NCBI GenBank assembly: GCA_051362555.1
Contig: CM120643.1
Span: 7,874,001 to 7,938,000, forward strand
Direction: 5' to 3'
DNA from: Lingula anatina
Taxonomy: Eukaryota > Animalia > Brachiopoda
Length of the DNA: 64,000 nucleotides
Part shown: positions 49,948-62,972 of the stretch, one piece after another
Layout: the number at the start of each line of letters is the position of its first letter
Position numbering within the stretch: position 1 is the first letter of the stretch
Made by a program: the position numbers and the translations under genes
Notes under the pieces: model-generated
Seen by the model: only the letters and a program-made list of their open reading frames with translations
The model's database searches: none
Told to the model about the DNA's origin: nothing

Positions 49948-51094
49948 TGTATCAGTAGTAGTTGTTGTAGTAATGGTAGTTGATTAAATATAACTTTATA
50001 TTGTCACTGTTTTATATTCTGATGAGCCGTAGGGCTCAAATGTTTAATAAATTGAATTGAAAACAGAAGCCATGTGAAGAGATACCTGGAAACTGTAAAT
50101 AGCAAGTTATTTAATGTTTTCAGTAGTGGAGATACGTCCTTCATATAAATGAACTAATAAATAGGGCACGTCGATCAAATGATTGGAAAGTTGACAAAGT
50201 AAAGAAACATTGCTTTTAACAAAAATAAAACAAAATGTACACAACTCAAAACCAGAAAGGCATACAGATAACTTTATTCCAATGTTTTTTATTTATTAAT
50301 TTATTTTTTTGTTTACATGTTTCCCATGTTTGAGATGCTTATAAAAAGTAGCTGAATATCTTAAGGGTGCTAGGTTGAGAAATTCTTTTTTTCTGGGGGG
50401 GGGGGGGGGAAGGGGGGGAAGGGGCAAGAGGCTTGGAAGGCTTGGAAGGCTTATTAGGAAACTGGTTATTCCAACGCTTGTGGAACTCTTGTAGACGCCG
50501 ACTGAGTGATATACTGCCGCCTCCCTGTTCCCCCCCCCCCCCCCCACCCGCAGCCTACGGTCCTCAGTGTTGAAAATTTCAAAATAATATCAATATGACA
50601 AACACTGATCTTTAAAATTTATTACAATTTTTTTCATACACAAAATGACACTTCATCAAATCAATGCAAAAGAATAAGAATAATTATCATTAACCAGAAG
50701 GGTAACGCACATACGCGCTTTTGCGCAAACACTTCAAATTGTTTCCGGCGCGCCTGCATGAGGCAACATTTTGATAATCAATACGATCATATATTTTAGT
50801 GAAAAAAGATAAATTTAAAAACCACCCGGGCATATCTCCGTAAATACCAATAGATTGAATAAATAAGTTTTAGCATAAAATAAAGTATGAAATATCTCCA
50901 TACCTTTAATTATACAACATTTAAGCCCATGCGTCCTCTTGTACGTTTCACGACCATTGATTAGATAATCATTACTACCCTCTTAGTAAAATTGATATTT
51001 AATAATTTAAATGAGAGAAAATACCATATACAGAAACAACTTCTTTCACATGCCGCGAGCAGCAACCAGACCATCCCATGAGCTCACACGCGCC

Positions 51095-51130
<36 letters not shown>

Positions 51131-51342
51131 GAGAGAGAGAGAGAGAGGTTTTAAGTTTATAAGTCAGAAAAGCCGTCAAAGATGAAACGTCCCATGCTGA
51201 ACTTGATGGAAATAAACATAGAAAATCCTCTGAGCTATATTGAGATGTCCCTAGTCCTAATTTTTTCCCCAGGGGATGGAGAGAATGCGTTTAAATTGAC
51301 ATAAATAGTGCGCACGGTGATAATCATAAAAAAAGAAACCTT

Positions 51343-51391
51343 TGCATCGGCCGGGAATCGAACCTGGGCCGCCCGCGTGGCAGGCGAGCAT
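51343..51391 (-). pseudogene. 5'-truncated tRNA-Gly(GCC)
   Basis: Minus strand ATGCTCGCCTGCCACGCGGGCGGCCCAGGTTCGATTCCCGGCCGATGCA followed by a T-run terminator. The 5' acceptor strand and A-box are absent. Confidence 0.9.
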
Positions 51392-52934
51392 GTTGGTGCC
51401 AAGAAAAGCGGTCCGCCCCTCCACAAACCAATAAAACAATCCATGATAATCGTCAAATTCTCTACAAGTTAGTGCGGCTATGTTCTCTATTTCAAATTGG
51501 TTTCCGATACGCATTTCATTAAGTGGGACAATCTATTTCTCTCATATTTTCGTACGGTAAAGTGACGTACATTATTAGAGTTACCTCCTGCTACTGACAG
51601 AAGTCCGTGATGAGTTTAATAGCATTAAGTGACACAAAGATAGTTATACAACACGGCTATAGCGTATGCCATATATTCCTTTTCAAGAAATCGTTGATCT
51701 TTACATGCCTTTCTAAAAAATATGCCGTTTTATTAGATTTTCAGATTTAACGTCACGAACGTTTAATACCTAAGCAAGATATTATTCCAAGATATTTATT
51801 AAATGTCATATAAAGAGATACAGAATAAAAACATTAAGTCATAAAAAACTAAGAGAGTATTTGGAATGAAAAATAGAACCTCATTTATATATGAAATTTC
51901 TCCTTAATGCTAAAACTCAGCAGCAGGTTTTAGTTGAAAAATAACTTTTTTTACAGATGAAATTTCTCCTTAATGCTGAAATTCGGCAGCAGGTCACGGG
52001 CGAAGTTTTGCTTCTACCTGGTCAAAAAGTCCAAAGTAGCAGTGAGAGTTTACGTAAAGTACTGGCTAAGGTACTGTCGCCTGATATCGACTGTGACAGT
52101 GCATCGTTACCGCTGTTATTTTCAAAGATACGCAAGAAGGTGGCACTTTACCGGTCGCAAGTTGCTTCTGCATTCGCATGACGATCCAAGGTTTATATCT
52201 TGACAGTTATGGCAGCTTTGTTTTTAAAAAGGGATAAGAATGAGCCAATTTGTTTAATGTCACTAAATACACTGTTGGACGGAAAATTATGACGTGCAGC
52301 AAAGTTGAGTAAGCGAGTACAAGTAGCTCTCTTATGTCACCTGATGTCATCAGACTTCTTCGGATGCATAAGAAATCAAGCGTTTTGCTGATTTTTCATA
52401 ATGATAAAAATTAAGGTAGCCGATTTCTGGATTGCTGCCGCTTTGCTTGCAAACTCTGAGTAAGAGAGACATCAGATCTGAGGAGCGACAAGGCATGAGC
52501 ACGGCAAAATTTAAGTCTCTCTATTTCTCCCTTTCTTACCTAGTCGTGTGCTTAATGAATTCAAGCTTTTTAGTTAACAAAATTAAGGCAAAAACTAGGT
52601 AATGTATATATCAGTTATTTTTTTCATTTTTTTTTTTCAGATTTATTTCCACGGTGTTCTTATGATAGTTGAGATTGTGTTAGATGAGAAACTACTAACA
52701 CTGCTCAATATTGGGTAACATATGCTCAATTATTCAAATGGTGAGTTGTATAAAAGGCGATGTCGCATGTGCTCTGGGCGGTCATTTATGATTGACGGGA
52801 AGAGTGAAGGTGTGGTTTAATATTACATGCAGCTTGTGTATAAGTTTATCAATTTATTATATTGTTATTTAGATGGCACTTTGAGTTGTATCTTTGTGTG
52901 ATTTAATTTTGGACTATAGTTCAAATATTTTTCA

Positions 52935-53072
52935 TAATTAGAAACAGCTATATTTTAAGATTTATCAGAATATCTAAAGTCATCATTAGCAACAGTTATG
53001 CTAAGATCTATCAGAATATCTAAAGTCATAATTAGAAACAGTTATGTTATGATCTATCAGAATATCTAAAGT
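52935..53072. repeat. 46-bp tandem repeat, 3 copies
   Basis: CATAATTAGAAACAGTTATGTTATGATCTATCAGAATATCTAAAGT. Confidence 0.85.
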
Positions 53073-53113
53073 AAATAGATGACCAGTGGTTGAATAGTTG
53101 GCTCAAAAACCTG

Positions 53114-55053
53114 GCCCCATATGCACAAACAATCCTTATCTTAAGTGAAAAATTCTCCTTAACTTCATAAGAAAATTCTTAGCTGAGGAAACCCCTTAAG
53201 TGGTATGCACAAAGTACCTTAAGAATTTCCTAAGCCAAGAATTTTCTCAACTCTGTAGGATTTCTCTTATGTGTTGAGCTATGTTTAGCCTGTGCATTGA
53301 CCAATAGAATTACCTGTTACAATAGCTCACACTGGGGAATTCCTGGGGAATCCATGTTTGAAGAAATCCTTTACTTGGATATGATAGGCCTATCAGTTAT
53401 TATTATTAGAAGAGTTGAGATATCAATCGTGTAGGCCAAGAAGTTGTAACTTCTTGTGTAGGCCTAGTATTCTTCATACTCTGACAGAAAAAGAGGCATG
53501 TCATCCAATCCCCAGACCCAACACTAATAATAATAATCCAGTTACATAATTACATTTTAATCAAAAGGTTTTATCTCTTTTGGCTGATACATGTGCACCC
53601 ATCTCCCCTATCGGCGATAATTCTGTAAAAAAGCCCCATAAAAAATATTAGTTTATCATCATTGTCACCTACAAGAAGTGATTCAGTAGGGCATATTTTT
53701 TGCTCATACAAAAACACATTGAATTTAACCAACGATGCCCTCCGGACCGTCATTACATACACTAAAACATGGAACGTGCCATGAGCAAAGCTAATAGTAA
53801 CATAAATTGCAGTGAGAGGCACTCTTAGTACAGGGAGAGTCTGTTTTTGTGCACATTTGATGGGGAAAATTTACATTATAATTTTTTTATGTGAGCAGAA
53901 AAAGTAATGCGGCCGGGGATGATAAAGTAACATTTTTTCATGGGCCCTAAAAAAGAAATAAGCCCAGCATATACTTATTTCATGACTATGGCCATTTACA
54001 TGTCATCGACTTACATATTTTTAGTGTCATCTGTGATCAAAAATTGTGGCATGTAATTCATAATATTAATATTAATTTTAATTATTAATTTCACTATTGA
54101 CCCTATGTATGCACATATTAAATACCTATGTTAATTGTATAAGCATTGAAGTGTGAGATTCCGTGTTATCAGGTGGTTTTCGGGGATTTCATAAGCAATA
54201 TGTCATAAAAAGTGCCCACTCAAAATTTTTCACTTTAGATATCCCTTAAAGGTACATACGAACCGAGCATCGGTGGAGCGTGGATTCCCAGTAACACATG
54301 TAAACCACTTCTACTAGATTCTTATATGACTCAAATAAATTTGACATGCCAAGGGATAAACTTAATAGATCACTCGACCAGCCATAAAATACCTCTAGAT
54401 TGCTCCTTTCTTTAAATTTATGGTTGTAAATTTAACCTACTTCCGTGACCTACTTTCCTGCCCCATTGACATACAGCTTAGAATGCCAGCAGAAAAATCT
54501 GTTCAAACATCATTTTCGGGTAAAATTAAACAATGCTTTTTGGTAATTCTCTTAGTTATACTACTTGAAACTATATGCTGGCATTTGGTTGGTTTTTGTG
54601 ACAAAAAATTCACTTTGTATGCATCTTTAACAAAATGACAAATTACAAATGTAACTGCCAGAAGATCCGTAATGAAAAGTATCCCCGCTCTATCAAAACG
54701 AAATCGCTGGTAAATCTCATGATCTGGGTAAAAATCCAAAGGACTTTCGCGGTTCCGAAATATTCTTGGTCTTGCGACTGCCCTTTCCAGTTCATCCACT
54801 TCTTCACGATAAACAGCAATAATAAGAGCCATAGAGAAATACTGTTGCTGCACAGCTTTGACTAGCACAAATGAATGCCACTGTGTTGTACAGTCACTGA
54901 ATCTAAGGACAAAATTTCCACTTAAGAGACCCAATGAAAATTCTCATTTTAAGATGCTTTGTGCATACCACTTATGTTAAGGATGACCACTTAAGGAAAT
55001 TCTTAGGGAAATTCTTTAAAAAATACACTTAAGATGTTTTGTACATACGGGGC
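53114..55053 (-). mobile_element. Internally deleted PIF/Harbinger transposon with CTG TSD and transposase 5' remnant (54832 to ~54655)
   Basis: ctg|GCCCCATATGCACAAAC...TTTTGTACATACGGGGC|ctg; subterminal CTTAAG repeats; MALIIAV...RPRIFRNRESPLDFYPDHEIYQRFRFDRAGILFITDLL matches the HARBI1-like N-terminus. Confidence 0.85.
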
Positions 55054-55069
55054 CTGCTTGATTTTCTCT

Positions 55070-55400
55070 TCACAACAAAAAATTAACAAAGAAATGGGTT
55101 AATCTTCTACATAGTATTAATGTGAATACCTTGCCCAGGCGACTTAGTAGAGTTGTTTGGTGGTAGTTCGTCGGATCATTTATATTTCCTTTTTTTCTTA
55201 TAAAGTGGGATCTTTGTACCAGTTTGCCATGTGTCTGGTAAAATACCAGTATCAAGTATAGCCATGTTAAAGAGTTTTTTTGTAAATTGACATCCATACT
55301 TTTTGTTTTCTTCATTACCGTCAAGTTGGGTAAATGCTGATTTCTGACCTCCCTCTGCTTGAATTGCACGAAGTTCACAAATATTGGTCGACTTTTACCC
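55070..55400 (-). mobile_element. LINE reverse-transcriptase N-terminal fragment
   Basis: PDTWQTGTKIPLYKK / KGNINDPTNYHQTTLLSRLGKVFTLILCRRL, a degraded KGdxxdpxNYRPIsLLsxxxK motif. Confidence 0.8.
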
Positions 55401-55853
55401 TTTATCCTTCGTCACATCCGATGCACTCGATAGAACTCCACATTTTTTCTGTTTCAGCTTTTTAAAATAAAACCGCATAAAACAATGTGGGGAGATTGCG
55501 GAGTGCTCATAGCGTCTAAATTGTCTATAGCTGACATGGCAGGTTTTGTGCTATTACAAATTGTCGCGGTTATTGTTGGTGTCGTCAAACGGCTATATCT
55601 CTACCCCATCAGGTAGTTTTTTTCATATACTTATTTTCTCCACTGAGGTTTTTATCATGTTTTTTTTTCATTTTTCCTTTCTTTGTTTAGGTTCATGTGC
55701 TTGTCATTGTTTTCTTTCAGGCTCCACCCCTTTGATAGTAAATCTGAATTTACCGGAGAGTCCAGGTTTCTTGGCATTTGTTCTTGACTCACGCGTACCA
55801 CCACCACAGCATCGAGGAACTATTACTTTGAACTACTACACGACGGAAGAAAA

Positions 55854-58075
55854 ATGAATCCACGTGTTTCCTGTGTTTTGATTATGTTCTACATTTTGAG
55901 CGACGTCATCCACGGTGAGACGCACTCTCCAGAATATATATACCGCAAATGCAACTTTTGTATCGCACCAACTTACAAATAGAATATTTAGAGAAGGCAA
56001 TGAGACGTCGTTGTCCGGCCCTGATAGTAGAGCTCGGTGCTCTGGGAGTGCAACTGAGAGTTCTCAGGAAAAAAAGAACAGCAATGGATCTGGACCAGGC
56101 CAGACTGAATATGGAACTGGCCAAGCACGCGCTGTCAAAGCTTAAACTGAAGTACTTGTCCCTGGAGTGTCGGGTAGGTAAAAAAACATCTGAAAACTCA
56201 CCGATATTATCAGTCTGCAACTGTCGTTTCCGGTAGAGCTTTTGGTTTCAGAGATTTTTGGCAGTGGAACTTTCTGTTTGCACATAGACAATAGACTAGC
56301 ATCCTTATTTAGAATACCGGAAGAAGTGTTTCGTTTGTTAGATCACGTTTTACGTTGATAGATCATATTGTGGCGACATAATGTAGTTCAATAAAGGTTA
56401 AATGCTTAAAATCAGACTGAAATACTCTATATAAAATTGGCGAAATGGGCATTTTTTTTTCAAAATTAAGTCCCCTATACCCAGAAACTTGGAAAGAACT
56501 GAAAAGTGCATTTCCCTTTTCAATTTTGATGTGAATGCATGGTTTCTTAAATTTCTCACTCGCGTCATTCAAATTACTATGCATGCTTTTTACCGCTTTT
56601 AAATGAGTAAAAGTTTAAAATGTTAAGCTGTTGCTGATTTTTCAGTGTTCAGAATTGAGTTGTCAAAACGGGGGAACATGCAAAAGAGGGCCAGGATATA
56701 ACGTTTCATGCGCATGCGCGGCAGAATTTACTTGCAAGAACTGTGAGATAAGGGTACCTTCCCTGACGTGTTCATCAACCTGGTTATCAGCCTGTCAAGG
56801 ACCGTACGGAACTGACCGCTGCTCGTGAGTTCTAGACCTCTCTCTCTCTCTCTCTCGTGCACACACACTATACAAACACAAATGCACATTGGCACATATT
56901 TTAATATCAAAATTTTACATAGTAGGCCTTATCAATTTGTAGAGTAGGCCTACAATGAAACCATTTCTTGCATCTTCCAAGATTGGCATCCCATTTGTAT
57001 GCATTGTTTATATTCAAAATTCAACAGAACCCAAATGCTACTGTCTTCAGTGGCTAGGTACCTGCTGTGGCTAAAGAGTATTATAACTTTACCCATTATT
57101 TTAGTTTCTCCTGTCCAGCCGAATGCATTGACTCAGGCACCGTATGAGGGACGGGGAACTATACAGGGGTAAGTTTGTTTGTTTGTTTGTTTTTTAAGGG
57201 AAAAAAAATATATATTTTTTTTAATTTCATTATTATCCTCAGTTATTAGATAATAGTTGTATTGCAATTAAAATGGACGGATATTCCAGATTGTTTTTAC
57301 AAATTACAAAACAATCCATTTTTAGTAAAGACATATTAGCAATTCGTGAATTCGCGGTGATTTCAAACAAAAAATATACTTTGGGGATCAAATAAGTACA
57401 CGCATACACATACATGCATAAGTACATGCACATAGGCACACACACGTGCACATGCACTTATGTTAAAAAAAAATAGAACTAAAACAGGTGGAGCAGAATT
57501 AATGAAACATGTTAGGGTAACAAATAAAATTCTATTTATTTATTTATTTATTGTTTCATGTTGGCAGGACTCCGCGTTGTGCCGAGCTGCCATTCACGAC
57601 GGCCGCATACCATCTACGGGTGGAGTGGCCACAGTGATAGGTTTTGGAGCGTTACAGTCCTTCGGAAGTTCAACACAGAACGGGGTGACGACAAGCAGGT
57701 AGGAACGTATAATTACTACAGTTATGCCCGTGCTGCTTGTTTATACTGTACATGCATTTTTTTTATTCGTGTGAGTGCATTTGTTGAGTTCTTGATTATA
57801 AAGAAGTGTTCATGTACGGGGGTTATTGATAGGGGAACGTAAGTGTGGTGTTAAGTAAGGTAGAAGTAACATATATTGTATTTTATTTTTTATTATCCAG
57901 TATTTTTGTAATGCATTTCATGAAATGAAGTAGCCGAAATAAAGAGTAAATCACGGCGTTGTTAATAACTATGAATCAAAGAACATGTCATTGTCCGTTT
58001 TAATGTTTTAATTTTAAATGGATCTTTTTATTTTTCAGCTACGGTAGTTATGGAACTTCCTTCCGTTTCGTCTAA
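55854..58075 (+). pseudogene. Small secreted EGF + LCCL domain gene with in-frame TGA; exons 55854-55914, 56653-56824, 57105-57168, 57568-57698, 58039-58075
   Basis: Signal peptide MNPRVSCVLIMFYILSDVIH; EGF SCQNGGTC...CACAAEFTCKNCE; LCCL FSCPAEC...TV*GTGNYTGDSALCRAAIHDG...STQNGVTTSSY...SFRF. All four introns are GT-AG and phase-compatible. TGA at 57145-57147. Confidence 0.85.
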
Positions 58076-58801
58076 ATAAAAAGAAAGCATCAGACAATGA
58101 GACTTGTAATAACCAAGAAAACTGCATTCTTCCACGTTTGATGACGTCGTCGTGATATCAGTTCTAGGCGATCGAGCGTGACGTCATATGAATTATCCCT
58201 GCATGAGCACTAATGGACTACACATGCCACGCGTCTGTTTTGATTCCTTCTCAGATGTAAATTTTCAGTTTTTGTTTTCATACTCACAATAAATATCTGC
58301 AGATCGTAAGGAGGGGTATGTTTTTGATGGCTTTTGCAAAGTTAGATACACTGTTTTATTCAATACCTTTACTTCAACTTCTCGACCATGTTATGGTTAT
58401 TATTTATTAAACATTTAAAGTAATATGTAAGTAGACCTACATGTAGGTATTTTACTATTTATTCATTAATAAAAACAACCCCCGTTATAGATTGGCTAAG
58501 TGAGCTTCAACGCGAATAATACAATGTAGCAAACGAGTCGCTTCCCACCACGAACATTCTACCTGTAAATTAATCCCTGTGAAATGCACCAACCTTTTTC
58601 AAAACTTCACAACAAATCTGTTAAAACGATGATCGATGATGCCAACCGTCTTGAAAAATTTGAACCATCTACAGTACTTATCGGAGTTGTGTAAAAGAGG
58701 AATCATGTTGGATGCTTCCACACACTGCAAAGTTTTCCGGTCAATTGCCAACTCAAAGAAATGTTGAAACCACAGAGAATATTGTAACCCTATATAATCA
58801 T

Positions 58802-58853
<52 letters not shown>

Positions 58854-59459
58854 GAATGCTCACAGGGCAAATAAAATGGAAACTAAGCTGGTGCTGGTTA
58901 CAAATCAAAAGTTGCCAAATTTCCATAAAATTTAAATAATATATTGTCTGAAAATTCTCTTAAAACCAAGATATAAATCCAACACGACACAGTTGGAAGC
59001 CAGCTGGTTGAAAGATAATTAGTTTGAAACCGAACACTGACCTTCTGTTTGCTCGAGCTGGCTCTGTCGAATGAGACAAGGTAACCATTCCATTCTCGCA
59101 CTGGTCATATTTTGTTTCTGCACTGATCCATGTGTGAGGTTTAGCAAAAATATTGTGTTTGTGTGACAGAAAACGTTTATACATGCAAGAGTTTGCTTGG
59201 CCTCATTAAAAACTGTTCATTTGGAGAGCAACGGAAAATTAATGAGAAATGTCCGTGTCTTGTTTCCGGAAAACAAGAAGATAACCCTCTTTGTTGTTTG
59301 ATACAGCTATCTTTATTTTCAACAAAGGAATGTGGTAAAAAACTGAAATAAAATAAAGAAAAACCTTTGTCAAAATACTGTTGATGATATTTCTATTACT
59401 TATTGTGGCACTTACAGGCCACCGTACCTTGCAAAACTAGCGTGAAACGTGCAGCATTC

Positions 59460-60730
59460 TTGCAATGACAAGTTTTAACGTGAATACATAAAACAAGGCA
59501 GCAAAGCTGTCAAATGTACAGACAAAAAACAGAAAATAAAGATGCAAAATAGGTCATTTTGTCAATTTTGATGCAATAATAAATAATGCTTATAATAGCA
59601 CTGTCAGTCAACACTGAATTTTAATCATGCACAACAGGTAACATGGTCAATAACAGGAGTGGACCCAGAGATATTGCAAAATTTACCTGCATAATTATCA
59701 CTCCTTCCTTATTATTAATCTAGCAGACTGGCTTAATCTTTGGGAGTTTACAGGGACATATCAACAACTGTGCTTTATGTAATCTCATTTAATAACCTAT
59801 TAATTAGGCAAATGACTTTATAACTCTGAACTTAGCTTAGTGATACCCAAGGGAAATTTACAGACTGACCCTCTCAAAGGTCTTTCAGGCCCATAAGTCA
59901 CATCTTAAGAAAAGCACAAAGTAATAATGCACAAAATAGGATGCTGTAAATTCTGATGCAATAATATATTACGCTTAACTGCAAAGTCAACATCAAATTT
60001 AAATTATGCAAAACAGGTAATACCGATGAAAGTAAAAGCAGGCCCATGAGAGTTCAAGTTCATACTTAGAAAATGCCAGAATGAGAAAAATGAGAATTTC
60101 ACAAAAAGTTGCGTTAATTCAATATAAAATGATAATCCAATAGAGCTGGTTTTCTTATTTGAGCTGTATGTCAATCCTAAGAATCATTCTTTTAAGCTAA
60201 AAAAAATAATAAGTAACACAGTTTGCTTTTTATCATAACGTTTGTGATGACAGTGCACGAAGTTGGCTTTTTGTCAATTTTGATGCAATATTACATAATG
60301 ATTAACTATAATTACCACCATTTATTTTTATTAATAACGTGGTCATTTAGAAAATTTGATTACCACTGGGCTTCATGACCATGGGAGTTCCAAGTCCCAC
60401 ACTGAAAATGCCAATATATGAAAGAAAACAACTTCACAAACATGTACAACAGAAAAAGAAACCAATTAGATTGCTTTTCCAACACAGGCTGCATTTTAGA
60501 CCTGTGTTTCTTTCCTGTAAGTTTTAGGAAGAGTAAGTAACATGGTTTTTCTTTAATGGTCACTATAAAAGCAGTGTCCAAAATAGAGGTTTCTTCATTT
60601 TCGTTGCAATATTACATAATGCATAATGACTATCAATTTTAATAATGAAATAAAATTATCATGGATATTCAGACTAGCAAAGGTCTTCAAACCCATGGAA
60701 GTTCAAAGTCACACCTTGAAAATGTCGATA
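59460..60730. repeat. Old degenerate tandem array (~330-390-bp period, about 4 units)
   Basis: Recurring TCAATTTTGATGCAATA..ATAATG (59562, 59950, 60275, 60598) and CCCATG(G)GAGTTC(A)AGT(C)..CT(T)GAAAATG (60043, 60379, 60692). Confidence 0.55.
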
Positions 60731-62784
60731 TGTGAAAAATTTAAGGATGAGTGCAGATAACCATTGGCAAAGTGCCCATCGTCAAATTGTTTAAATAATT
60801 TGCTATTATAAAGTTTATGCATATATTGGTTGTGTGAAAAAATATTATTTGGTTTGAGGCATCGTTTGAGGCATCGTATTTTTAATGAGTTATATGTGGG
60901 GGTGGAGGTAACCAGATTTACCTGTTGTATGCAGTCTAATATGAATCAGAGCAAGTTATTTCAGCATATATATTGCATAAATAATTTTTTCTAATGAAAC
61001 TTGTCTTGTGGTGAAAAAAAGAGTTATATGTTAAATAATTGCGATGTGGCACAAGTAAATGGGAAAGTAATGGTTTTTTTTGTTTGTTTGTTTGTTTTTT
61101 ATTAATCCTAGAGAAGAGAGGGAGGGGTGGTGTATTACAATATTTTCTCACAGAAAACATCACTGATTTCACTTAACTGTATAAAAGTCTTGTAACTAGA
61201 AAAACTTGTATCAGCGTATTTATTAATTTTATATAACTTTTCTCACAGACCAGCATTTGTTGGTATAAATAATTATATTGTTAACCAATACACATTTTGT
61301 ACAAAGCCCTATAGAATAGTAAAAAATGCTAAAAGCAAAAGGCTGTTACAGTAACACAAAAAATCATGTGTTAAAGCACTCTAAACACCTATTTGGAATG
61401 TTTCCATTAACCATACAATAAACAAGGTATAAATTGTACCAAAATAATGATAAGGTAAAAGTAAAAACTAAATGAAAATATAGTACACATAATAACAGTA
61501 ATGGCCAATAATCTGTATGACAATGAAAATAAATCACCTAAAAAGTGCTTCATATATGATAATGTATGTGATAAAGACCTTGTATAGAAAGCAATGCAAG
61601 AGTTATTTTATACAAAATATATAAATATGAGAATAAAAAATGTATAATAAACAATAGATAATTAATCAGATGTGCTGTCTGAAACACTTTCTGCCTCGCT
61701 AATACTCTCACCACTTGATGTTGGTAAATGCAAGAAGTTATAATGAGACTCTTTATAACTTCTTGGTAAATGTGTGGCATCCTACCTCCCCCCCCCCACA
61801 CGCACACACACACAAACACACACGCGAAAGTTTTTTTAAACCATGCCAGTTCTGAACTGTGAATAGGGGAACTATGGGTCGCTGCATGCCATCTTCTTTC
61901 AAGCAAATCAAAGAAATGTTAAGATATTTAAGCAATTATAAATAGTAACTAAAACATTTTAATTTAAAAATCACACCAAGCATATTATCTTTTCGTTATC
62001 CTTTCTCCTTGCAAAATCAAAGCAACCAAAAAAACTGGACAACTCCACATAAATATTAATAGCAAAAATGTATTATCACTTTATCTTTATTGTCATCATC
62101 TGTGAAACAAGATATGAAATGAAAGTTTCTTCAAAGTGCATTGTGGATCAGTGTATATTGTGGATAAGTGTTCCAGTGTACGCGGACAAGGTCGTTCAAT
62201 GACGGCCTGGGGCAGGTTAGTAAACTTCAAGTTGATATCATGTCAACAAGATGCAAGGACACTGTCAATCACAATTAGGGGGAAGGCATGCGTGGTTTCC
62301 CTTTAAAAACTATTATAGCCTAACATTGATTCTTCCCTCCGAAGTAAATGTGTGATTTTTTTCTTTTTAAACAAAAAAAGTTAAGGTATGAAAACGCTGA
62401 ATGTATTTCAAACGTAGGTGTATATACAATACAAATAATGAAATCTGTGTCTCACTCTCACACGACACCCCCGCGTCCAAACTGACAGGATGGTGGCGAC
62501 AGCAACGCCCCCCAGTCGACAATCTAAGATTGGAAGTCTATGAGCGATAGACTAATTAATGCCAAATTCCCGCATGACAACGATTTATAGACTCCCGGGA
62601 ATTATTTTCCCTCAACGCTCTTTGTCGCGCTGGCGGTCAATGCAGCATTTATTTCAAAACAAGTTGACCGCAAATTAAGCACGATTTTGCACCTTCAAGT
62701 TCCGTGTCACGTTTTCATATCATGCATCTTTTATTTCTACAAGTATTCTCTGCCCAAAATGCGTAAAAAAGAGAGTTATCTTAC

Positions 62785-62972
62785 CAGGTTGTTTAGAAAA
62801 CTTCTTTTTCCTCCGACTACACGTCTTCTCTCCTGTTCACCTCCAGGTTAAAATGACCACTCAGCTTCGCTTCTAACACCACTACACGTCACTTCCGGGC
62901 ACAATCAGTCTTCTCCGATTCCCTTTATTAACTAACGTAGGAACTGCAAGTCTTCAAAATGGTTGAATACAT
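62785..62972. promoter_or_regulatory. Probable bidirectional promoter with divergent first exons
   Basis: Minus-strand donor CTG|GTAAGA at 62785; central ACTACACGTCACTTCCGGG (ETS-like ACTTCCGG); plus-strand CAAAATGGTTGAATACAT|GTAAGT. Confidence 0.6.
62959..62972 (+). CDS. Candidate first coding exon (MVEY..) of a gene running off the window
   Basis: CAAA-ATG-G start context followed by a perfect GTAAGT donor. No downstream exon identified. Confidence 0.45.

Noticed and set aside
50019-50060. Hammerhead-like CTGATGAGCCGTAGGGCTCAAA
   Set aside because: Lacks GAAA after stem II. The following AATAAATTGAATTGAA looks like a retroposon tail.
54268-54277. GCATCGGTGG matching the missing tRNA-Gly 5' end
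   Set aside because: Only 10 nt, on the wrong strand, and inside a Harbinger element.
55906-56236. Overlapping ORFs in intron 1 of the LCCL gene
   Set aside because: No recognisable domain; they lie inside an intron defined by phase-compatible splice sites.
58141-58188. Possible SECIS for the LCCL TGA (ATGACGTC...GACGTCAT hairpin)
   Set aside because: No apical AA, helix geometry does not fit, the arms are simply palindromic GACGTC motifs, and the TGA replaces an aromatic rather than a Cys position.
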